Positions 28,467 through 36,953 of a DNA stretch of 64,000 nt are shown piece after piece. The position numbers and the translations under genes were made by a program. The DNA lies in the NCBI RefSeq assembly GCF_016458305.1, contig NZ_JAEMHL010000006.1, forward strand, positions 212,484 to 276,483, given 5' to 3'. This stretch comes from Geomonas anaerohicana (GTDB taxonomy: Bacteria; Desulfobacterota; Desulfuromonadia; Geobacterales; Geobacteraceae). The notes below the pieces were generated by a model. It did not search any database, was not told the DNA's origin, and worked only from the letters and a program-made list of their open reading frames with translations. The stretch's first letter is position 1, and each line of letters opens with the position of its first letter.

Positions 28467-29525
28467 ATGGAACTGAGCATGGCGGTTTACAAGAGATTTG
28501 CCGGGGGCTTCGACCTGGAGACCGACTTCACCGTCAGTGGGGAGCAGGTGGGCGTCTTCGGCGTCTCCGGGAGCGGTAAATCCACCATGGTCAGCCTGAT
28601 CGCCGGCCTGGTAGAGCCAGACCAAGGAGAGATGGTCCTCGACGGCGTGTGCCTGTTCAGCAGCGAGCGCGGCATCAACCTCCCGCCGCAGGAGCGCCGG
28701 GTTGCCATCGTGTTCCAGGACAGTTGTCTCTTCCCGCATCTCAGTGTGGAGTCCAACCTGCTCTACGGCTACCGGCGCTGTCCGGCCCGGCACCGGCAGA
28801 TCGACGTCAAGGCCCTGGTCTCGGTGCTCAAACTGGACGGACTGCTCGACCGCGGCGTGAACCGGCTTTCCGGCGGAGAAAAGCAGAGGGTCGCCCTGGG
28901 GCGGGCCATTCTCACCAATCCGCGCCTGCTGCTCATGGACGAATCCCTGTCGGCCCTCGATGACGCCCTCAAACTGCAGATCATCCACTACTTGAAACGA
29001 GCCAGCGAAAAGTTTCGGATTCCATACCTTTTCATTTCTCATTCTCTGCTGGAAATACGGCTCTTGACCGACCAGGTGCTGGCCATGGGGGAGGGGAGGG
29101 TGCTTGGGCAGACGACGCCGGAACAGCTGGCCCGTGATCGGATGGGGCAGAGCCAGGTGGGCTACATCAACCTGTTGCAGGTGGAAAAACTGCGCAAGAT
29201 GGGGGGACTGTACGTCTACCGGTGGGGGCTGGAGGAGATCTTCGTCTCTGCCGGCGACGAGGAGCCGATGGCGGTGTTCGAGCTATCCTCCCGGGACATC
29301 ATCCTGTTCACCAGGCATCCCGAGGCGGTGAGTGCCCGCAATCTCCTCAAGTGCACCGTGATGGATACCTTCCCCTCGGGAAACAAGGTGGGGGTGGAAC
29401 TGCGCTGCGGGCACGAAACGCTGATCGCGGAGGTGGTGGTGCAGGCGGCCGACGACCTGGCCATCCAGGCGCGCAACGAGGTTTACGCCGTTATCAAGGC
29501 ATCGTCCTTCCGCCGCCTGAGTTGA
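28467..29525 (+). CDS. modC: Molybdate ABC transporter ATP-binding protein (ModC) with C-terminal TOBE/Mop domain
   Basis: Walker A GVSGSGKST, signature LSGGEKQRVALGRAI, Walker B LLLMDE; C-terminal Mop-like domain. Confidence 0.85.
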   Translation: MELSMAVYKRFAGGFDLETDFTVSGEQVGVFGVSGSGKSTMVSLIAGLVEPDQGEMVLDGVCLFSSERGINLPPQERRVAIVFQDSCLFPHLSVESNLLYGYRRCPARHRQIDVKALVSVLKLDGLLDRGVNRLSGGEKQRVALGRAILTNPRLLLMDESLSALDDALKLQIIHYLKRASEKFRIPYLFISHSLLEIRLLTDQVLAMGEGRVLGQTTPEQLARDRMGQSQVGYINLLQVEKLRKMGGLYVYRWGLEEIFVSAGDEEPMAVFELSSRDIILFTRHPEAVSARNLLKCTVMDTFPSGNKVGVELRCGHETLIAEVVVQAADDLAIQARNEVYAVIKASSFRRLS

Positions 29526-29535
29526 GGAACGGCTG

Positions 29536-30606
29536 CTAGAGGATCCAGCCGCCGCCGACCACCATGTCGCCGTCGTAGAGGACGACCGCCTGGCCCGGGG
29601 TTACCCCCGCCTGCGGTGTATCGAACTCGACCCGGAGCCTGCCGTCCGGGCACACTTCGGCGCGGCACGGCACCGGCTGCTGCCGGTAGCGGATGCTGCA
29701 GGTGCCCCGGAAGGTACCGGCGATGGGTGCGTCGGTCCAGGTGAGTTGGTCGGCGCAGAGGCTACCTGTCAGTAGATCCTCCTTTGGACCCACGATTACC
29801 CGCGCCTTATCGGTATCGAGACCGGTGACGTAGAGGGGTTCCTTCCAGGCGATGCCCAGGCCGCGCCGCTGCCCCACGGTGTAGCGGTGGATGCCGTCGT
29901 GGCGCCCAAACGCGTTGCCGTCGCGGTCCACGATCTCGCCTGCGCGCGGCGTCACGCCGCTCTCCTCCAGGAAACGGACGTAGTCGTTATCCGGGATGAA
30001 GCAGATCTCCTGGCTTTCCTGCTTCTGCGCCACGGGAAGGTTGAAGCGCGCGGCGAGCTGGCGCACCTCGGGCTTTTCCAGGTGCCCCACCGGGAAGATG
30101 GTGCGGGCAAGCTGTTGCTGGTTCATGCCGAACAGGAAATAGGTCTGGTCCTTGCGGGGATCGAGCCCTTTGCGCAGCCGGTAGATGCCGGCGGCGTCCG
30201 GCTCGATGCGGGCGTAGTGGCCCGTGGCGAGGAGGTCGGCGTCGAAGGAGGCCGTCATCTCCAGGAGCAGGCCGAACTTGATCCTCTCGTTGCAGCGGGC
30301 GCAGGGGTTCGGCGTCCTGCCGGCCTTGTACTCCGACACGAAGTCGTCGATCACCAATTCCTTGAAACGCTGGCGCAGGTCGATCACCTGGAACGGGATC
30401 CCGAGGCGTTTGGCGACCCGTCCTGCGTCCATCACGTCGGTGAGGGAGCAGCAGGTTTTTCCGCCCGACGGCGTCTTTTCCGGGCGTTCGTAAAGCTGGA
30501 GCGAGACCCCGATCACGTCGTGTCCCTGTTCCTTGAGAAGAGCGGCGGTCACCGATGAATCGACGCCGCCGCTCATTGCCACTACTACGCGTTTTTTACC
30601 TGACAT
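29536..30606 (-). CDS. mnmA: tRNA-specific 2-thiouridylase (MnmA/TrmU)
   Basis: PP-loop VVVAMSGGVDSSV and MnmA-specific …CSLTDV… motifs. Confidence 0.9.
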   Translation of the reverse strand: MSGKKRVVVAMSGGVDSSVTAALLKEQGHDVIGVSLQLYERPEKTPSGGKTCCSLTDVMDAGRVAKRLGIPFQVIDLRQRFKELVIDDFVSEYKAGRTPNPCARCNERIKFGLLLEMTASFDADLLATGHYARIEPDAAGIYRLRKGLDPRKDQTYFLFGMNQQQLARTIFPVGHLEKPEVRQLAARFNLPVAQKQESQEICFIPDNDYVRFLEESGVTPRAGEIVDRDGNAFGRHDGIHRYTVGQRRGLGIAWKEPLYVTGLDTDKARVIVGPKEDLLTGSLCADQLTWTDAPIAGTFRGTCSIRYRQQPVPCRAEVCPDGRLRVEFDTPQAGVTPGQAVVLYDGDMVVGGGWIL

Positions 30607-30629
30607 TCTTTGTTTCCATAGAGTTTACT

Positions 30630-30745
30630 CCCTCTCCCTATGGGAGAGGATTGGGGTGAGGGCGCTGCCAAAGGCAACCAACTCCCTCCGTGGCGTTGCC
30701 CTCACCCGCCCTTCGGGCACCCTCTCCCGGAGGGCGAGGGGGGAT
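30630..30745. repeat. Family-C repeat (CCCTCTCCCTWTGGGAGAGG…GGGTGAGGGCGCTGC) present as an inverted pair
   Basis: Forward copy 30630-30675 and reverse copy 30700-30745; relatives at 36598 and 56895. Confidence 0.6.
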
Positions 30746-30809
30746 GGCAAGTTCATCAGAGACTTGGAACTACCCCTGCGCTCCATCCAATAACGAGACA
30801 AAGGGCACA

Positions 30810-30850
30810 ACGTCCCCCCCTTGTGAAAGGGGGGGGCAGGGGGATTTGCG
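30810..30850 (+). repeat. Family-A G-rich hairpin repeat
   Basis: acgtccccccttgtgaaaggggggggcagggggatttgcg. Confidence 0.7.
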
Positions 30851-30852
30851 TT

Positions 30853-31077
30853 TTACTCCTCGCCCTTCTCCAGCGTGAGCACGTAGTACCCCTCCCGCTC
30901 GTGGAGCCCGAGCAGCTTGTGTCCTTCATCCTTGAGGCTCCTGGGCACGTTCTTGACCGGCTCCCCGTCATCGAGCAGGAACTCCACCGTGGTGCCCGCC
31001 TCGATGTCCTCCAGTTCCAGTTTGGCCATGACGAAGTTGGTTGGGCAGGTAACGCCCCTGAGATCTACAGTTTGCAT
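30853..31077 (-). CDS. TusA-like sulfurtransferase (SirA/YedF/YeeD family)
   Basis: CPxP-type motif (GVTCPTNFV); 74 aa. Confidence 0.75.
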   Translation of the reverse strand: MQTVDLRGVTCPTNFVMAKLELEDIEAGTTVEFLLDDGEPVKNVPRSLKDEGHKLLGLHEREGYYVLTLEKGEE

Positions 31078-31098
31078 GCACTTTCCTCGCTTTCTGCT

Positions 31099-32049
31099 TT
31101 AAGCCTGCTGGCCGGGCAGCGGCAGTTGGGTCTGGATTACCTGCGGTGCGATCGTTTCCTGCACCACGTACTCCGGGAACTCGCTGCGCAGGCGCTCCAG
31201 CAACGACTGCCATCCTTCGCGTATGATGATGTCCCCCAAGCGCACGCGACCGGCACCCTCTGCCTTTTCCTGATACCATCCGAGCACCGCCGAGATGAAA
31301 TCCACCACGCGCTCTTCCGGTACGAAGGTGGCGTAGAGAGTACCCACCAGCGGGCGACGTCCCCACTTGCCGCCGATCCTCACCGTGTACCCTTTCTTCT
31401 CGGCGCTCCAGGCACCGGTCGGGCAGACCTTGATGCAGTCGCCGCAGTAGATGCACTTGGTGGCGTCGAACACCGGCTTGTTGTCCGCACCCATGGAGAG
31501 AGCCCCCTCGGTGCATGACTTTGCGCACAGCCCGCAACTGATGCAGCCGTCCGCGTCCAGTTTGGGCCAGACCGCACCCTGGAAGCCGACGTCGTTGATG
31601 GCCGACTTGGGACAGTCGAAGGGGCAGCCGGCGAAACAGACCTTGAACTTGTGGTGACCGGTGGCGGTCCCGAAGAGCTTCTGGTCCACCTCCAGCGCGG
31701 ACTTCTGCGTGTCTACCAGGCCGTTGGGGTTGTACTCGCAGCCGCCGCAGGCGGTAGGGACGCGCACGCGGGCGCCGCAGGAGGCGACCTTCTGCTGCTC
31801 TTCGCCCAGTTCGGCGACCACGGCGTCGAAGTCGGCGAAGTTGATGTTGATCAGTTCGATGGACTGGCGCACCGACAGGTGCACGTACCCTTTGCCGTAC
31901 TTCTGAGCCACAGCCGCGATCTTGGACAGGCGGTCCACGCTCATCCTGCCGCCGGGCACGCGCAGGCGTACCGTGAACAGGTCCTTGCCGCGTTCCTTGA
32001 TGAAGCCGCCGGCCTTCAGGTTTCTCAGATCAATTTTCTGCTCTGCCAC
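31099..32049 (-). CDS. Sulfite/nitrite-reductase-family Fe-S protein with two [4Fe-4S] ferredoxin motifs (small DsrA/B- or AsrC-like)
   Basis: …CGARVRVPTACGGCEYNP… siroheme/Fe-S binding-like region plus CISCGLCAKSC and CIYCGDCIKVCP. GTG start behind RBS aggagag. Confidence 0.65.
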   Translation of the reverse strand: MAEQKIDLRNLKAGGFIKERGKDLFTVRLRVPGGRMSVDRLSKIAAVAQKYGKGYVHLSVRQSIELININFADFDAVVAELGEEQQKVASCGARVRVPTACGGCEYNPNGLVDTQKSALEVDQKLFGTATGHHKFKVCFAGCPFDCPKSAINDVGFQGAVWPKLDADGCISCGLCAKSCTEGALSMGADNKPVFDATKCIYCGDCIKVCPTGAWSAEKKGYTVRIGGKWGRRPLVGTLYATFVPEERVVDFISAVLGWYQEKAEGAGRVRLGDIIIREGWQSLLERLRSEFPEYVVQETIAPQVIQTQLPLPGQQA

Positions 32050-32155
32050 AATTCTCTCCTAAGGCTGAAAACAATAGATTCAAGGCTGAATAGGATCAAG
32101 CCCTTTCGCCAAATCCCATAATTCCCATTACTCACATTATTCCCATGCATCCTGT

Positions 32156-32554
32156 TTACATGATTTCGATTGCCACCGCTTCGACCACTCCGGCCGTGAT
32201 CCGGAACGCCCTGGCGACCGGTTCTTCCCGGTTCTCGAGCGAGATGATCAGGTGACAGACGTTGGGTGTCAGTGCGAGCCGGATATCTTCCTGCGAGGGG
32301 CGGGCGGGGGACTCCGGGTGGGAGTGGTAGATCACCAGCATATCCTCGCCCGCAGCGCGCATCGCCTTCACCGCGGCGAACTGCTCCTTCGGGTCCATCA
32401 TGAAGTGCTCGTTGCTCGCGTCGGTGTTGGTCATGGGATAGCGGCTCGCCACGCGCTTAACCGTCCCTCCCATCAGGCCGCACACCTCCAGCGGGAAACC
32501 TTCCTGTGCCTGGGCGATCGCCGCGTCCAGTATCTCCCTCGGGATCTCCAGCAT
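32156..32554 (-). CDS. JAMM/MPN+ metalloprotease (Mov34 family; Mec/HcyD-like)
   Basis: JAMM motif E…HSHPESPARPSQED; start is 1 nt after the upstream stop. Confidence 0.8.
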   Translation of the reverse strand: MLEIPREILDAAIAQAQEGFPLEVCGLMGGTVKRVASRYPMTNTDASNEHFMMDPKEQFAAVKAMRAAGEDMLVIYHSHPESPARPSQEDIRLALTPNVCHLIISLENREEPVARAFRITAGVVEAVAIEIM

Positions 32555-32555
32555 C

Positions 32556-33368
32556 TCAGTGCCCCAGGTCGCAGACGGTGAGAGCGTCCAGCTCGTCCTT
32601 CAGTTCGGTGATGGTCGGATGCTCGCCGCAGATCGGGCACTTCGGGTTTTTCCGGATCGGCACCTCGCGGAAGCGCATGCGCAGCGCACTGTAGGTGAGC
32701 AGCCGCCCGTGCAGCAGGTCGCCGGCGCCGAGCAGGTACTTGATCGCCTCGGTCGCCTGCAGCGTGCCGATCACGCCGGGAAGAACGCCGATCACGCCGG
32801 CCCGCGAGCAGGTCGGGATGACGTCTTTGGGCGGCGGCTCCGGGAAGACGCAGCGGTAGCAGGGGGATTCGCCCGGGGCCACGGTGAAGGTCTGCCCGTC
32901 GAACTGCAGGATCCCACCGTGGGAGTAGGGCTTGCCGGCCAGGACGCAGGCGTCGTTGATCAGGAACTTGGCCGCGAAGTTGTCGGTGCCGTCGATGATG
33001 AAGTCGTAGTCGGCGATCATCGGAAGTATGTTCTCGGCGTTGACCCAGGTCTCGTAGGTGACCACGTTCAGTTCCGGGTTGATGGCGAGCATCTTCTCCT
33101 TGGCCGAGAGCACCTTCGCCTTGCCCACGTCGGGTGTACTGTGAATGATCTGACGCTGCAGGTTGGAGAGGTCAACCTGGTCGGCGTCCGCGATGCCGAT
33201 GGTGCCTACCCCTGCCGCGGCGAGGTAGAGCGCGATGGGGGAGCCGAGGCCGCCTGCGCCTATCACCAGCACCTTGCCGTTTATCAGCTTCAACTGTCCC
33301 TTGCCGCCGACTTCCTTGAGAAGGATGTGCCGCGAGTACCGGTTAATCTGCTCTTCGGTGAGCTTCAC
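32556..33368 (-). CDS. ThiF/MoeB/MoeZ-family E1-like adenylyltransferase (HcyF-like)
   Basis: Rossmann VLVIGAGGLGSP and CxxC zinc motifs (CYRC…, CPICG…). GTG start overlaps the thiS-like stop. Confidence 0.85.
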   Translation of the reverse strand: MKLTEEQINRYSRHILLKEVGGKGQLKLINGKVLVIGAGGLGSPIALYLAAAGVGTIGIADADQVDLSNLQRQIIHSTPDVGKAKVLSAKEKMLAINPELNVVTYETWVNAENILPMIADYDFIIDGTDNFAAKFLINDACVLAGKPYSHGGILQFDGQTFTVAPGESPCYRCVFPEPPPKDVIPTCSRAGVIGVLPGVIGTLQATEAIKYLLGAGDLLHGRLLTYSALRMRFREVPIRKNPKCPICGEHPTITELKDELDALTVCDLGH

Positions 33369-33580
33369 TATCTACCTCCGCCCATGAAATAGAGAAATTC
33401 GATGCTGTCGCCGTCTTTGACCGTGGTGGCCTCGAAGTCGCCGCGATCCATGATGTCCCCGTTTAGTTCCACGGTGACATACTCGCGCTGCTCGACCTTT
33501 AAGGCCTCGAGCAGGTGGTTGAGGGAGACCGGGGTCCCCTCGGCGATGGTGGCGGGCTTGCCGTTCACAGTCAGATTCAT
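33368..33580 (-). CDS. ThiS/MoaD-family sulfur-carrier protein (HcyS/CysO-like), 70 aa, C-terminus …FMGGGR
   Basis: Beta-grasp length and Gly-rich C-terminus. Start ATG 33580 (MNLTVNGK…) behind RBS gaggag; the track ORF extends to 33652. Confidence 0.7.
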   Translation of the reverse strand: MNLTVNGKPATIAEGTPVSLNHLLEALKVEQREYVTVELNGDIMDRGDFEATTVKDGDSIEFLYFMGGGR

Positions 33581-33629
33581 TAGATGCGCTCCTCGTTTAG
33601 TAGCATAGAAAAATGGTAAAAAATAGTTT

Positions 33630-34883
33630 TTAAACCCCTGCCAGGGCGGCACGGAAATCCTCGATGATGTCGGCCGGATCCTCGATCCCCACCGAGACCC
33701 GGACCAGTTCCTCGCTCACCCCCATGAGCGCCTTCACTTCCGCGGTGTAGTCGGCGCAGATGGTGCTGGCAGGGTGGATCACCAGGGTCTTCGTGTCCCC
33801 GATGTTGGCGAGGTTCTTGGCGAGCCTGAGCGCGTTGATCACACGGAAGGCCGATGCCTTGTCGGCAAGGCCGAAGGTGAGCAACCCGCCGAAGCGGCCG
33901 CCGAACTGGCGCGAGGCCACCTCGTGGAAGGGGGAGTCGGGCAGTCCCGGATAGTTGACCCAGGCGACCTTCGGGTGTGCCTGGAGAAATTGCGCCAACT
34001 CCAGGGCGTTGGAGCAGTGGCGCTCCATCCTGAGTGCCAGTGTTTCCAACCCTTCGCCGGACAAAAACGCATTCAGGGGTGCGGCGCAGGCGCCGAAATC
34101 CTTGTGGATCAGCTTCCTGACGCGGGCCGTAAACGCGAAATTGCGGTACTTGCGATGGAACGGTTCGAAGTGGGGAAACTTTTCGCTGCGCCAGTCGAAG
34201 CTTCCCGCGTCGATGATCGCTCCACCGATGGAGTTTGCCGTGCCGTTTATATATTTACTGGTGGAGTGAATGACGATGTCCGCGCCTAGGTCCCGCATGC
34301 GGGCGAGGTACGGAGTGGAGACGGTGGCATCGACCATGAGCGGGATGCCGTGTTTCCGGGCGATGAGGGAAAAAGCCTCGATGTCGGGCACGTCCATCTT
34401 CGGGTTGCCGATGGTTTCTACGAAGATGAGGCGCGTGCTGTCGTTGATCCCCGCTGCCAGGGCCTCAAGGTCGGTGGGATCGAAAAAGCGGGTCTTGATG
34501 CCGTAGTTGGCCAGCGTATCGTGGAAGAGAGAGTAGGTGCCGCCGAAGAGAGAAGAAGATGAGAGTATTTCGTCGCCGCTGCGCACCACGGCCATCACCG
34601 CAGTGGTGATGGCGGACATCCCGGAGGAGGTGATCACCGCGGCAATGCCCTTCTCTATCACCGCCAGCCGTTTCTCCAGTCCCTCCAGGGTGGGGTTGCC
34701 GATCCTGGTGTAGACCTGGCCGATCGCGCGGCCTCTGAAGATGTCCTCGAGTTCCTCTGCGGTTTGGTAGGCAAATGCCGAAGCCTGCACGATGGGGAGC
34801 TTGGTGGCGCCGGAAGGGCCGAGGCTGGTCCCGCCATGAATCAACTTGGTGTCGAATCGTAGTTCTTGTGCTGCCTCTGCCAC
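33630..34883 (-). CDS. metY: O-acetylhomoserine sulfhydrylase / aminocarboxypropyltransferase (MetY), PLP-dependent
   Basis: Cys/Met-metabolism PLP-enzyme motifs (…STSKYINGTANSIGGAI… with the PLP lysine). GTG start. Confidence 0.9.
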   Translation of the reverse strand: MAEAAQELRFDTKLIHGGTSLGPSGATKLPIVQASAFAYQTAEELEDIFRGRAIGQVYTRIGNPTLEGLEKRLAVIEKGIAAVITSSGMSAITTAVMAVVRSGDEILSSSSLFGGTYSLFHDTLANYGIKTRFFDPTDLEALAAGINDSTRLIFVETIGNPKMDVPDIEAFSLIARKHGIPLMVDATVSTPYLARMRDLGADIVIHSTSKYINGTANSIGGAIIDAGSFDWRSEKFPHFEPFHRKYRNFAFTARVRKLIHKDFGACAAPLNAFLSGEGLETLALRMERHCSNALELAQFLQAHPKVAWVNYPGLPDSPFHEVASRQFGGRFGGLLTFGLADKASAFRVINALRLAKNLANIGDTKTLVIHPASTICADYTAEVKALMGVSEELVRVSVGIEDPADIIEDFRAALAGV

Positions 34884-35261
34884 ATCCCCTCCAGTGCCGA
34901 ATCACGGCTCACCCAATACATGCCGATACTTTTGTTGTACCGGTGACTGCGGGGAGGGTAATTTTTAAAAGTCCTTTTGTCAAGAAATAAATAACAATTG
35001 TCATAGCGTGCAGGTGTTGTATTTGAATCGGCATTTCCTGCCACGGTTTGTGCTTTTGTCGATGCTGCTATCATGTCATACGAATGCTCGGGCAACCATG
35101 CCGCATGCCTCGCAAAGTGCGAATTGTCGGCTGGTTGGACAGCGTTGTTTACTGGATGAGTGCGGAGCCGTTGCCGGTGGCGATGCTGAAAATTGATCGA
35201 ATCATGCGTGAATACTGTTGCCTGAATCAGCCAGCGGACCACTTCCTCACCATGGCGTTGC

Positions 35262-35296
35262 AGGAGGGCGTGAGGGGAGGGCGTGAGGGGAGGGCG
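35262..35296 (+). repeat. Tandem 14-mer repeat (gggcgtgaggggag x2) in the metY/cysK divergent intergenic region
   Basis: Direct duplication seen. Confidence 0.5.
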
Positions 35297-35343
35297 ACAG
35301 CGCGAATTTTGACAAAACACATCACGTCGATCAAGTACCAAAA

Positions 35344-35372
35344 TAAAATAGTTGACAATGTTGCAGGTTAAA
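35344..35372 (+). promoter_or_regulatory. Candidate sigma-70 promoter for cysK (TTGACA … TATAAG/ATAAGA)
   Basis: Consensus -35 and an A/T-rich -10-like hexamer about 100 nt upstream of the cysK ATG. Confidence 0.4.
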
Positions 35373-35473
35373 TATAAGAATTACCAAAACGCTGAGAGAT
35401 TGCCGATAATTTCACAGATGTTAAAGTTGGCGCTGCCAACGAAGGTCACTCACCCGAAAGGAGAACACTCAAC

Positions 35474-36427
35474 ATGTCCCGTATCTACCAAGATAACTCC
35501 CAATCCATTGGCAACACACCGTTGGTGCGGCTGAACCATGTGACCAAGGGGGCCAAGGCAACTGTCCTGGCCAAGGTCGAAGGTCGCAACCCCGCCTACT
35601 CGGTCAAGTGCCGTATCGGCGCCAACATGATCTGGGACGCCGAGGAACGTGGCGTGTTGAAACCCGGGGTCGAGATCGTCGAGCCGACCAGCGGCAACAC
35701 CGGCATCGCTCTCGCCTACGTCGCCGCCGCACGCGGCTACAAGCTGACCCTCACCATGCCGGAGACCATGAGCATCGAGCGCCGCAGGGTGCTGGCCGCT
35801 CTCGGCGCCAACCTGATCCTCACCCCCGGCTCTGCAGGGATGAAGGGCGCTGTCGCTAAGGCCGAAGAGATTGCCGCATCCGATCCGGCCCGTTACTTCC
35901 TGCCGCAGCAGTTTAAGAACCCGGCTAACCCGGCCATCCACGAGAAGACCACCGGCCCCGAGATCTGGGCTGACACCGACGGCGCCGTGGACGTCATCGT
36001 CTCCGGCGTCGGAACCGGCGGCACCATCTCCGGTATCGCGCGCTACCTCAAGCACACCAAGGGCAAACCCGTCATAGCGGTAGCCGTGGAGCCCAAAGAA
36101 AGCCCGGTCATCACCCAGAAATTGGCCGGCCAGGAGCTCAAGCCCGGTCCGCACAAGATCCAGGGCATCGGTGCCGGGTTCATCCCGGAAACCCTCGACC
36201 TCTCCGTCGTCGACCGCGTCGAGCAGGTCGACAGCAACGAGGCGCTCGAGTTCGCCAAGCGCCTGACCAAGGAAGAAGGACTCCTCGTCGGTATATCGAG
36301 CGGTGCAGCCGTGGCTGCCGCCGTGCGTCTCGCCAACCTCGACGAATTCGCAGGTAAGACCATCGTGGTCATCCTCCCGGACCTCGCCGAGCGCTACCTG
36401 TCCACCGCGCTCTTCGAAGAAGCGTAA
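35474..36427 (+). CDS. cysK: Cysteine synthase A / O-acetylserine sulfhydrylase (CysK)
   Basis: PLP motif …SVKCRIG…, …[10 protein letters not shown]…; RBS aaaggag. Confidence 0.9.
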   Translation: MSRIYQDNSQSIGNTPLVRLNHVTKGAKATVLAKVEGRNPAYSVKCRIGANMIWDAEERGVLKPGVEIVEPTSGNTGIALAYVAAARGYKLTLTMPETMSIERRRVLAALGANLILTPGSAGMKGAVAKAEEIAASDPARYFLPQQFKNPANPAIHEKTTGPEIWADTDGAVDVIVSGVGTGGTISGIARYLKHTKGKPVIAVAVEPKESPVITQKLAGQELKPGPHKIQGIGAGFIPETLDLSVVDRVEQVDSNEALEFAKRLTKEEGLLVGISSGAAVAAAVRLANLDEFAGKTIVVILPDLAERYLSTALFEEA

Positions 36428-36454
36428 CCGTCACAACCTCAAGTCTGTCCCTAG

Positions 36455-36481
36455 CCCCGGGTCCCCCGGGGCTTTTTTTTT
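36455..36481 (+). terminator. Rho-independent terminator after cysK (ccccgggtcccccgggg + ttttttttt)
   Basis: GC stem followed by T9. Confidence 0.8.
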
Positions 36482-36487
36482 GCGGCA

Positions 36488-36515
36488 GGGACTGGCTCCG
36501 CCAGGTGCCTGTCCC
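36488..36515. repeat. REP-like element, half/truncated copy
   Basis: GGGACTGGCTCCGCCAGGTGCCTGTCCC. Confidence 0.7.
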
Positions 36516-36597
36516 TCTAGCGGAGCGCTACTTTCCGCCCAGCCAACTTACCGAAAGCTACTCCTCCTCCGCTACCGGCCTGGGATTGTTCGCTGCT

Positions 36598-36860
36598 TGC
36601 ACCCTCGCCCTCCGGGAGAGGGGTGGGGTGAGGGCGCTGCAATCTGCGTTTGATCTCGTTCCCAAGATCCACCTTGGGAATGCAAAGCCTCTCCGAAGCT
36701 AAACTTCCCTCGGATGCAAAGCTGGAGCTTTGCGCCATATGAGGTTCCCAAGCAGGAGCTTGGGAACCAGGAACGGTCGGCTTCTTTACGTCCCACCCGA
36801 AGCGCTGCCCTGGGCCTTACGTCCCCCCCTTTGCGAAGGGGGACAGGGGGGATTTGCTTC
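36598..36860 (+). repeat. Family-C repeat, then composite intergenic repeat copy 2 (36645..36790), then a family-A hairpin (36819..36858)
   Basis: Aligns with 10100..10325. Confidence 0.7.
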
Positions 36861-36953
36861 TAAAACCAGCCGGTATACGCAACTGTTGACAGTTGCCCCT
36901 TCCACCCCTTACACTTGCGACGCTTCATCAGCGTAAGACATTCAGGGACAGAG

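Noticed and set aside
27583-28476. 297-aa ORF overlapping modB in another frame
   Set aside because: Pro/Arg/His-rich and low-complexity; modB in the alternative frame has clear ABC-permease homology.
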